Virus record (IMG/VR): IMGVR_UViG_3300044983_000295
Location: 1 to 29,089 of that record
DNA from: a virus
Taxonomy: Duplodnaviria > Caudoviricetes
Direction: 5' to 3' (one strand)
Length of the DNA: 29,089 bases
Part shown: one piece after another, positions 9,282-17,900 of the stretch
Position numbering within the stretch: the stretch's first letter is position 1
Layout of the letters: every line of letters starts with the position of its first letter
Position numbers and translations under genes: made by a program
The notes under the pieces: generated by a model
Seen by the model: only the letters and a program-made list of their open reading frames with translations
Database searches by the model: none
Told to the model about the DNA's origin: nothing

Positions 9282-9514
9282 TTCTTTTTAGGCGATGGGT
9301 TAGGTTGCGATGGGGCGAACTCGATGCGCACGGCTAGAAAATCGCGGATGGCGGGAGCGAGCTCGGGATACTTTGCGGCGGCTTCGGTGAAATGCGCTTC
9401 GGTCAGCTCGGCGACGTGCGGCGAGGAAAACACATCGCCGAGGTTGGTGATGCGGCCGTCTTCTTCGAGAAGGATGCTGAGATCGGGGCCGAGGCTGAGT
9501 TTAGTAGGTGGCAT
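9278..9514 (-). CDS. Small hypothetical protein
   Basis: Co-oriented, overlaps both neighbours (ATGA with the tube gene). Confidence 0.55.
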   Translation of the reverse strand: MPPTKLSLGPDLSILLEEDGRITNLGDVFSSPHVAELTEAHFTEAAAKYPELAPAIRDFLAVRIEFAPSQPNPSPKKK

Positions 9515-9938
9515 AGGGATTTCCAAGGTATCGGCGGTATTGAATTGTCCAGGTCAGGAACGCGCCGCCGATGGGTTTGCCCAGTTCATTCAGGAAAGGT
9601 TGTTCGGCGCCGCCATCCACGATGTTCGCCAGGCCATTGAGTTGAATGTCGTTCTCGATGAGCTGTTGCACTTTCGGGACCAGGTCATCCTTGGCGGCCG
9701 CCAGGTCCTGCGGATCTTCCAGGAGCACTTTCACCCCAAGCGTAAACATAAATGTGCGGCCGCGATTGTCCGCGTCGAGTTGCGTCTCTTCGCCGTCATA
9801 CACGAACACGGAAGGCATCTGATCGGAGCTTTGCAACGGGTCTAAAGCGCGTTTGCAAAGACGAACTGAATCCGGGACCAGCGCGGCGAGATTGCTCATC
9901 ACGCGGTTCATGATCTGTTTTTTGATCGAGTCAGGCAT
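9501..9938 (-). CDS. Tail terminator/completion protein
   Basis: 145 aa, SIKKQIMNRVMSNL...MPSVFVYDGEE...LTWTIQYRR, upstream of the tube gene. Confidence 0.7.
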   Translation of the reverse strand: MPDSIKKQIMNRVMSNLAALVPDSVRLCKRALDPLQSSDQMPSVFVYDGEETQLDADNRGRTFMFTLGVKVLLEDPQDLAAAKDDLVPKVQQLIENDIQLNGLANIVDGGAEQPFLNELGKPIGGAFLTWTIQYRRYLGNPYATY

Positions 9939-9939
9939 T

Positions 9940-9967
9940 AGACACGGATTTCACGGATTAACACGGA
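9940..9967. repeat. CACGGAT-family repeat, single arm (copy 2)
   Basis: agacacggatttcacggattaacacgga; exact reverse complement of 5651-5678 and 10624-10651. Confidence 0.9.
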
Positions 9968-9974
9968 GACAGTT

Positions 9975-10562
9975 TTACGCATTGGCCAACTCCTTCTCGA
10001 TCTGCCCCAGGATCATGGGCAACGCCTTCTCCAGACCCGGCCGAATGAATGGCCGGCCTTTATAGCTGATCCTGCGCGTATGCGCTTTGACCTGGCTGAA
10101 TGCCACGTAACCCGAGCGCTGCCGGCGCGCGGCTGCTCGAGCTGTCTCGCGGAGTTCAATCTCGCCGGTTTCGCTCCGTTTCAGGATCCGCCGATCGCTG
10201 ATCTCGACGCCCTTCGCATTGAACTGGCCGGTGATCCGGGTATGGGCCTGGACGCTCTCGGTGCCGGTAAAGCCAAACTCATGGCGGGCCCCATAAATGA
10301 CATTGGTGCCGAGCCGGCCGGCGGCGCCTTGGTCGGTGATCGTAACCTCGCTCGTGATGGATTTGATCAAGCAGCCGGTAACGATATCCAGCCTGGCCGG
10401 GCGCGGACCGCTCAGGAATTGGAGCTGGACGATCGAGACGGCTCCTTCCAGGCCGCGCGCCAGGCCGCGGCCGGCCGAAGCGATCAGGCGCGGCTCGATC
10501 TCCTTCGCGCTCTTGAGCACGACGGCGAAGTTCCGCTCTTTGATTTCGGTCGTGACGATCAT
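9975..10562 (-). CDS. Neck/tail completion protein (HK97 gp10-like, virion morphogenesis family)
   Basis: TGCLIKSI...GTNVIYGARHEFG...RPFIRPGLE motifs. Confidence 0.8.
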   Translation of the reverse strand: MIVTTEIKERNFAVVLKSAKEIEPRLIASAGRGLARGLEGAVSIVQLQFLSGPRPARLDIVTGCLIKSITSEVTITDQGAAGRLGTNVIYGARHEFGFTGTESVQAHTRITGQFNAKGVEISDRRILKRSETGEIELRETARAAARRQRSGYVAFSQVKAHTRRISYKGRPFIRPGLEKALPMILGQIEKELANA

Positions 10563-10651
10563 GGCACTCGGATTAACACGAAGGGATAGACACGGATTTC
10601 ACGGATTTTCACTGATTGTTCCATCCGTGTTAATCCGTGAAATCCGTGTCT
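10563..10651. repeat. CACGGAT-family hairpin repeat (copy 3)
   Basis: agacacggatttcacggattttcactgat (10588-10616) / atccgtgttaatccgtgaaatccgtgtct (10623-10651), plus a degenerate arm at 10563-10582. Confidence 0.9.
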
Positions 10652-11229
10652 CATAGCTCGATGCGACGATAGGCGGCCAGAGTGGTTCTGACTTCCAGGA
10701 GGAATGGGAGGTTTTGCGGATCTTTCTGCAGCGCGCCGGTTTCTCCGGAGACGCTGGTTAGACCGAGCCGGTTCCGGTTCTGATACCAATAGGCGACCTG
10801 GTCTACGCAGGCGAGTTCCACTTCGGATGGCAACGAGAATTGGCCTGGATCGGTATTTGTCCCGGGCAGCACATAGCCGCCGTTGTAAAAGATGCGGCCT
10901 TGTTCGTTTGCCGTGCCCATCGCGCGGACCATGCTCACGATGCAATCCTTCCGGATGACGCATTCCCAATTGCTATAGGGAACCCAGCCGAGCAGCTCCT
11001 CCCGTTTCAGTTCGAACCCGAGGATCACTTCGATCGGATAACTGCGCGGGATGATCTCCATTTCATTCGCGCGAAATTCATAGAAGCCGCCCTCGACCCG
11101 GGCAAAGAGCCGGTTGCAATAAATGTCGAACATGCCGCTCGCCTTCACGATCAGGGACGTAAGGAAGACGTCGTCCACCGTGTCGGTGATCTTGAGGCGG
11201 TCTTTGACAGTTGTGAGCTGGGCGAGCAT
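10651..11229 (-). CDS. Head-tail connector (gp6-like adaptor)
   Basis: LTTVKDRLKITDTVDDVFLTSLI...YCNRLF...YNGGY...LPSEVELAC...AYWYQNR...LAAYRR. Confidence 0.85.
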   Translation of the reverse strand: MLAQLTTVKDRLKITDTVDDVFLTSLIVKASGMFDIYCNRLFARVEGGFYEFRANEMEIIPRSYPIEVILGFELKREELLGWVPYSNWECVIRKDCIVSMVRAMGTANEQGRIFYNGGYVLPGTNTDPGQFSLPSEVELACVDQVAYWYQNRNRLGLTSVSGETGALQKDPQNLPFLLEVRTTLAAYRRIEL

Positions 11230-12197
11230 TAGCGGTATGTTTTGCCGGACCAGGTGTTCGAGTAAGGAGATCGGCCGAAGCTGTTGGCGGCGTAAATGCG
11301 ATAGGTGTAACGGGTCCGGCTCTGGAGGTTGCTATCGATGAACCAGGTCTTACCGGCGCCGGTCAGACCGATCTCGCGATAGGCTGAGCCATTATCGGAG
11401 CGCTCGATGTGGAAAGCGTCTTCGTTGGCTGAATTGTCGCGCCAGTTCAAATCAATGCGGCTGGCTGAAATGACGTTGCCACTCAGATTCTGCGGCGCCG
11501 ACGGCGGCGTCTGGGTGGCCGGGTTGACGACGAATGCGGTGTTCGGGCCGTCTTGGTAGGTGCCGCCAATCTTGACGGCCAGATGAGCCTGCCAGATGCC
11601 TAGCGGGGCATCCGCGCGGACAGTCCAGGACGACGTCAGCGCTATGACGCCGCCGGGCGCGACGGTCTGCGCAGCCAGGCCCGGCGTCCAATCGTCAAAT
11701 GGGCCGCTCTGATTGCTTGCCCCCGGCTGCCTGGCCGTAAGCCAGCCTTCACTGATAGCGACCGGATTGGCTGTTCCATTGGTAACGTTCGCTGTGCCAG
11801 TGATCGTTTGACCAGGCGCGACATTCGTGGCGCTCAGGACAGGCGCAGAGATCGCGATGGTTCCAGATGGCGGCGGGGCCGGGGCCTTGTTTGTCCAGAT
11901 ATTGCTTGGCGGACCTTCCCCGATGTTGTTGAACGCCCGGACATAATAGCGCGTTTCGATGTTCGTATTCAGACCGACCGTCACGGACAACCCGGCGGTA
12001 TTGGTGATGGGACTGGCGAAGTTGTTCGTGCTGCAATAGACCCGGTAACCGGTGGGATTCCCCATAAGCGACGGTTCCCAGGACAGCTTGAGGGTTTGGG
12101 CTGAGGCGGTGCAGAGAGAGATTAAGAAGAAGAATACCGCCGCTTCACAGCGGCAGCTACAGGGCTTTCTCATTATTTGCTTTGGGGGCTGTTCCAT
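11229..12197 (-). CDS. Predicted exported protein with two fibronectin type III domains and a central Ig-like domain
   Basis: Signal-like AAVFFFLISLCTASA-Q (alternative start 12173); FN3 motifs LSWEP...GYRVY...YYVRAFN..GEGPPSN and PSAPQNL...IDLNWRDNS...YTYRIYAANSFGRSPYSN; stop overlaps the connector start. Confidence 0.8.
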   Translation of the reverse strand: MEQPPKQIMRKPCSCRCEAAVFFFLISLCTASAQTLKLSWEPSLMGNPTGYRVYCSTNNFASPITNTAGLSVTVGLNTNIETRYYVRAFNNIGEGPPSNIWTNKAPAPPPSGTIAISAPVLSATNVAPGQTITGTANVTNGTANPVAISEGWLTARQPGASNQSGPFDDWTPGLAAQTVAPGGVIALTSSWTVRADAPLGIWQAHLAVKIGGTYQDGPNTAFVVNPATQTPPSAPQNLSGNVISASRIDLNWRDNSANEDAFHIERSDNGSAYREIGLTGAGKTWFIDSNLQSRTRYTYRIYAANSFGRSPYSNTWSGKTYR

Positions 12198-12271
12198 GGT
12201 TAATTACGTGCGGAACCCCCGATTATGGTCGAGGGCTCCACACTAAACACAACAGTAACCAAACTACCGCT

Positions 12272-12925
12272 ATGTCTGCCAAAAAGCCTTCCATCCAAAT
12301 CGGGATCGTTCAAATCATTTCGATCATCGGCCTGCTCATCGCTCCGCGCGCAGCGGCCGCTGAATACACTCAAAGCATGGACGGTCAGGGCTTCGTGTTC
12401 ACCTTGACCGAAGATCCCAACTCCATGTCCGGCACGTTCAACAATTCGTGGGGCCCGGGATTGCATCTCGATCCTGCCGGAACAATGTTCTTCCCGTCCG
12501 GTGAACTTCATTTCGCTGGCGGGCTTGGCGACACACGTCGCGGTGTTCCCACCGGCACCGTCGGAGTCGGCTTTGGACTCCAGCCGTTTTACGACGGTTC
12601 GCCAGTGATTGATTTTGATTCCCCGAATCCGTTCACTGTCAAATTGGGAATCTCCGTGGGTGGAACCTATTTCAACGGACTCACGTTTGAACAAATGCAA
12701 ACGATTGACGAAGTAGTTGGCGACTTCCGTTATCAGGGATCTCTGTCGTATTCGTGCGCCTTCTTCGACTACGGCAATTTCGGAGCCGGTTCTTTCAGTT
12801 TCACGCGGACGCCCGTTGCCGATGCGCAGCCAGTTCCCGAGACTCTTCCGTCCGGCTCTCTGGCCGCGCTCGCTATTGTCGGGTTTGTTTTGCACTCGAT
12901 TACTGGCCGAATCCGATTGCGTTAA
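12272..12925 (+). CDS. PEP-CTERM-type (exosortase target) surface protein
   Basis: N-terminal signal peptide (IISIIGLLIAPRAAA-A); C-terminal VPET + hydrophobic segment + basic tail GRIRLR. Confidence 0.75.
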   Translation: MSAKKPSIQIGIVQIISIIGLLIAPRAAAAEYTQSMDGQGFVFTLTEDPNSMSGTFNNSWGPGLHLDPAGTMFFPSGELHFAGGLGDTRRGVPTGTVGVGFGLQPFYDGSPVIDFDSPNPFTVKLGISVGGTYFNGLTFEQMQTIDEVVGDFRYQGSLSYSCAFFDYGNFGAGSFSFTRTPVADAQPVPETLPSGSLAALAIVGFVLHSITGRIRLR

Positions 12926-14996
12926 GAACAACGACTGTTGGCGGAGGCGCAGCGGGAGTCGCGTTGGCTTCGCTGGAAAGTGCGCTCTCGCCGACACTGT
13001 TCACCGCGGAAACTTTGTAGAAATACTGCGTCCCGTTGGAGACTCCCGTATCAATATAGCTCAGCACGACACCGAGCGTCTGATAAAGCGTTTCGGTTCC
13101 GGTGCTCGTGCTCCGGTAAACTTTGTAAGCCGTGATCGCGCTGCTCCCGCTGTCCGCAGGCGCGGTCCAATTGAGCGTGACCTGGGCATTGCCCGCTGTC
13201 CCTGAAAGGTTCTGCGGAGCGCTCGGAACCGTCGGGACCGCCGTCCCGTTTTCGAGTGGCCCCATGTCCGGCGCTGTGGAATTAAACGGCCACGCAGAAG
13301 TTGAATCGTTGAAGTTGGTTAGAACGACGCCTTTGTTGATGGCCGGAGAGTTGTCAGGAATCGCTCCGGTGAGGTAGCTCGACACCAACGCATCTCCATC
13401 AAGGCCGTGAGCCTCTTGTCCGGTTCCAGTTCTGAAAGCTGCAACGGTTGCATAATCTGTCGTTGCTGGATAATTCCAATGATAGACCACTGTTCCAGCC
13501 GCCGAGCGGTGAATGTCGTAATCGAACGAATTTGTGGCTCCAGGTCCGGTGAGGTAAATCGTATTCCCCTTTGCCTCCATGATGTTGTTCCGAAAAATGT
13601 TGCAAAGTGAATTTGGCGCTCCTCCATCCTCTCCTGATGCGTCAATGCAACAGACGGTCGAGTTGTAGGAAGAAAGCAGGTTGTGAAAAATGAAGCACGG
13701 CCCTTCGGAGGCGTTCCCGCACTTCAAAACTGTCGCGTTGGTGTAGCTGCAGACGTTCCTGAACACGTAGGTCGGTCCGTAATAAATCGGCGCGATGCTG
13801 ATGCAGGAACCTTCTTCCTGGCCATTTGAATTATGGACGAGTCCAGATTTCCGGCTAACTACGTTCCCCCAAATTCGCACGTTATATCCAGCTCCGTCCG
13901 CCTCGATTCCGTCGTCACCTCCGTTCCGAATCACGTTCCTGCTGATGTCGCAGTTGTGCATCCCGTTATCGTGTCCGTATTTTCCGCTGCCACCGATGCT
14001 GTCCCAACCGCAGTTGGTGATGGTGTTGTCGGACATGACAACCGTGTCCGCTATTCCGCCGTCGCCGAAGCAGATCGCGTGGGTATTTGTTCCCGGCTCC
14101 CATCCGGTGAGATTGGCAAGGTAATTGGTCAGGATGTAAATGTTGGTGACATTGAGAACGTGGATGATCCCCGCGTCGTCGCCGGGAACGCTGATGCTGG
14201 TGTCAAACGTGCAGTTCTGGATGAACACGTCATGAGCGGTCGAATCGTTCTGAATGTTGAACTTCTGCGCTGCCGAAAAGGTGAACCCGTCCAAAACAAC
14301 GTGATGGGCCTGCATCAAAATATTCTGGTTCACGGCCCCACCGCTGATGTTCGGCGTCTGCCCTGCCGCCTTCTTCACGACTATCCAGTTATTCGCCGCT
14401 CCGGATTTTGTCCAGGTGAACGCGACATAATTCCCGTTGCTTACAACCGCTGTGTCTCCCGCGCTCGCATTCGCCAGAAAGTTCGTGATCGTTTTGTAAG
14501 GACTGCCCGACGTTCCTGATCCTTCGCTGCCCTGCGAGGCATCCACAAACTTCGTGACGCCGTTGGTCGTCTGAGCACCCGCGTAGGCAAGTGTCGTGGC
14601 GTTGTTCGTCGCCGTCGCGCTGCCGCCATTGGAGTCCGTCCAGATCGTGCGGATGTTGTAGGTCGTGTTCGTCGTCAGGCCGACGATTGAAACTCTAGCC
14701 TGCCGCAGATACGCATTGGCGAATCCGCCAACGTTCGTTCGCCGGTCAATGAACGGAAAGTAAGTCTCTTTCCAAGTGCTGCCGCCGTTCACGCGGTAGG
14801 AGACCTGAAACGTCGCGTTGCTGTTGTCGTCGCCGGTGTAGTTCGCGGCGACTCCGATACATTCGAAGGTAGGAGTCAGCGTGATCGTGCTAGGAGTGAT
14901 GCCGTTGGCCGCGCGTAGCGGCACGGAGAACAGAACCGACAACAAAAATAGAACGGTAATTTTGGTTTTCATGGCAAACAGAAAGATTCGGCTCAT
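12900..14996 (-). CDS. Predicted exported right-handed parallel beta-helix (pectin-lyase-like) protein with C-terminal FN3
   Basis: Signal KTKITVLFLLSVLFSVPLRA-A; TPTFECIG..GDDNSNA..VSYR N-domain; PYKTI...AGDTAVV..GNY; DDGIEADG..NVRIWGN beta-helix repeats; SPAINKG...APDMGPLE; terminal FN3. ATGA overlap at 14996, alternative start 14972. Confidence 0.85.
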   Translation of the reverse strand: MSRIFLFAMKTKITVLFLLSVLFSVPLRAANGITPSTITLTPTFECIGVAANYTGDDNSNATFQVSYRVNGGSTWKETYFPFIDRRTNVGGFANAYLRQARVSIVGLTTNTTYNIRTIWTDSNGGSATATNNATTLAYAGAQTTNGVTKFVDASQGSEGSGTSGSPYKTITNFLANASAGDTAVVSNGNYVAFTWTKSGAANNWIVVKKAAGQTPNISGGAVNQNILMQAHHVVLDGFTFSAAQKFNIQNDSTAHDVFIQNCTFDTSISVPGDDAGIIHVLNVTNIYILTNYLANLTGWEPGTNTHAICFGDGGIADTVVMSDNTITNCGWDSIGGSGKYGHDNGMHNCDISRNVIRNGGDDGIEADGAGYNVRIWGNVVSRKSGLVHNSNGQEEGSCISIAPIYYGPTYVFRNVCSYTNATVLKCGNASEGPCFIFHNLLSSYNSTVCCIDASGEDGGAPNSLCNIFRNNIMEAKGNTIYLTGPGATNSFDYDIHRSAAGTVVYHWNYPATTDYATVAAFRTGTGQEAHGLDGDALVSSYLTGAIPDNSPAINKGVVLTNFNDSTSAWPFNSTAPDMGPLENGTAVPTVPSAPQNLSGTAGNAQVTLNWTAPADSGSSAITAYKVYRSTSTGTETLYQTLGVVLSYIDTGVSNGTQYFYKVSAVNSVGESALSSEANATPAAPPPTVVVLNAIGFGQ

Positions 14997-17900
14997 GGCC
15001 AAGTTGGTGAAGTGTAAACCAATTTGTTAATGAATATGCTCCTTGCTGTCGTGTTGGTGTAGTTGTGAACTTTCACGACCCAAGCGCCTTTTTGTCCGGA
15101 GCGTGGCAGGTTTGACGAGTTTGTCAGGACAGCAGTTCCGTCTATGTAGAACACGTTTGAAGAACTGTTCGCCAAAATTCTGAACTGATGCCAGTTCGCG
15201 TCCAAATGAACGCCGGTATCGTTGGTCGCCGTCGTCGTTCCGTCCTTTGAATAGACCCACCAGTTTGTATCTCGCCGGAACTGCGGATCGATGTAGAACC
15301 CGGCATAGTCCCCGGCAAAGTTGTTGTTGGTGACTACTCCAAGCACGGCCGTTGAAATACCGCAGAAGAACCTTGTCGTGTTGGTCTGACTGATTTTGAG
15401 AGTAACGCGCAAGTCGTATGGCCGTCCGAAGTCTTTCGTCAACGTCCCTTCGATTCCAGCAACCCCTGTCGCGTTCGTTGCCGTTGCTCCGTCATATTGG
15501 ACATTCGGCGGAGTGGTGGCCGTTTCTACATTCTGACTTGTAGCGTTTTGCGTTACTGTCAAATCACCAGATGAAGTGCTGTTAATTCCAACCTGAGAAA
15601 CTATCGTCCCGGTCGCCTGAACCATTTCAAGTTTGTTCGTGATGAAATAATCACTCAACGCCGGAGCCGCTGCTGCCGCCGTTGCCGTCGCCGCTCCGCG
15701 CATGGTGAAATAATTCGTCCCGTCGCTGGCAACGATCACGCCTTGGTTCTGAGTCAGAGCCAATGTCGTCGCGCCGTCTATCTTCGATGTCGTCGGAGTC
15801 AACGTCGCCGTTCCCGCTCCCATGTTTTGAAAGGATACCCAAAAGCCCGATCCAAAATCGTTCGTGGCCTGTGGCAGCGTCACAGTGATGGCGGACGCAT
15901 TCGTGAGCGTAACCAAATCGCCCTTGTCAGTTTGCAGGACCGTATAGCTCGTTCCGGTCTGCCCGTTCACGGCCATGTCCGTCGCGCCAGTCGTGCCGAT
16001 CTTCTTGAGCGTGGCGTTGGCCTTGGTCTGCACTGACAGTTGATAATAGAGTCCGGTATAGCGCCAGAACAGGCGCGTGACATTGGTGTTGCCAGGAATC
16101 GTGACGCCATCCACCAACGACTGATCCTCCATCGAATACGCCTGCACGCTCAGGTTCGTGACCACGATGTTCGTGGTCGCAGTGTTGGTCACGAAATAGT
16201 CCAGGAATGCTCCAGCAACCGGCGAGCCGCTGAACGTGATGCCGAAACTGGCATTGGTGCTGAAGTCATAACTCGGACCGGAACTCCAATTCAGAGTTGT
16301 CGTATTGTGGACCGGAGAAAAGGAGACCGGGCCGGTGAACGTTTGCGCCAAGGAAAACGTATTCGGCTCATCTTCGTATGCAAGCGCACTTGGCAACTTC
16401 GAGCGGGTGGTGATCCCGAGCGCATTCAAGTCATAATCGAATATCTGCCTCCACTCCGGTATCCCATCCGCGCCGCCGCCACCTAAGACAACATTCGTTT
16501 GCATTGTTACCGATCCGGCAACCGGCTGTCCTGATCCCTGCGATACGACCAACGCGCCGACCGGAAGATTCACGCGAAGCGGGACATTCGGGTCTTTGAC
16601 CAGCCGCGCATAGTTGGTTCCGTTGCGACGTTCGACTTCAATTTCGGAAATGGCGCCGATGGCTACGGTTGTTGCTGGCGGATTCGTCGTTCCAGTTTCA
16701 GACCACATCCAGTTTGTAGGCCAGACAGTCGAATAGATGTTCGTGGCCAATTCCATCATCAAACGAAATACCGTCCCATCGGTCTCGTTGGAAGTTGTCC
16801 AGGTGATGTTGGTTTCGGTGATGAGCCTGTAAAATCGGGTGGATGCTGCGTAATTGATATTCGTGCCGCTGCCGAGGTCCAGCCAAGCGAGCCGTTGAGA
16901 AGCGTTCGTGATCGTTTGTATTCCTGAGAACGTGTTTGCCTCGTCTTCATAGGCGAGCTCCGCTGGCAGCCTGGCGCGCGCCACTGTCCCGCTGGCCAGG
17001 TTCGATGCATTCAAATTGGTCAGGCCCGCGCCATTGCCTGAGATCGTGTTGCCCAGGTTGGTCAGCGCATTGATGCCGCTGAACGTGTTCGCCTCGTCTT
17101 CATAGGCGATCTCCGCTGGTAACCGGGCCCGCGCCACGGTTCCGCTGGCGATGTTGGATCCATTGAGATTGGTCAGGCCAGCGCCATTGCCTGAGATCGT
17201 GTTGCCCAGGTTGGTCAGCGCGTTGATGCCGCTGAACGTGTTTGCCTCGTCTTCATACGCGATCGCAGCCGGCAGTTTGCTGCGGGTTGTGATTCCGGAG
17301 GCGGCCACGTCCGCGTCCACGATCGTACCATCCACGATCTGAGACGAGGAGACATTGGTCACCACAGCGGTGATGTTCGTCCCTTCAGTCACGCTATAAA
17401 CCAAGTTGCTGTTGCTCTTGAAATTCGGGTTGCTGACGGATGCGCCGTCCACAAAGGCGGATCCGGCCCCTCCAGTCTGATCGTTGCAAACAACCCAGTT
17501 CGTCCCATTGAAACAGATCACCTGCAGCGCGCCGGCGCCATTGGTCTGGATCGCCGTGAGCGGGATTCCGGTTTGCGCGTTGGCCCCGTTGTAGAAATGA
17601 TTCGTGTTCCCATCCCCCTTTGGCATTAGGCCGTGAGCCGACGTCGTAGCGTTCGCCGTCGTGACGTCTGTAAGCGCCAGTTCACCTTCAGAAATGGACG
17701 GGCCGAGAAGCGACACATTACCCGATAACCGCGCATCAGGCACGGTGCCGCTGGCGATGTTCGATCCGTTCAGATTCGTCAGGCCCCCGCCATTGCCCGA
17801 GATCGTGTTGCCCAGATTCGTGAGCGCGTTGACGCCGCTGAAGATATTCGCTTCATCTTCGTAAGCGATCGCTGAAGGGAGTTTAGCCCTGTTGGTTATC

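Noticed and set aside
5605-10651. CACGGAT repeats as a CRISPR or mini-array
   Set aside because: No regularly spaced repeat-spacer structure, copies are inverted and kilobases apart, and no cas genes are present.
12200-12997. 265-aa minus-strand ORF that would keep the operon co-oriented
   Set aside because: No recognisable motifs; it is the shadow of the plus-strand gene, which has both a signal peptide and a VPE sorting tail.
16925-17895. Fibre repeats as DGR template/variable repeats
   Set aside because: Copies are in-frame coding repeats in mid-protein with mostly synonymous differences, and no reverse transcriptase is in the window.
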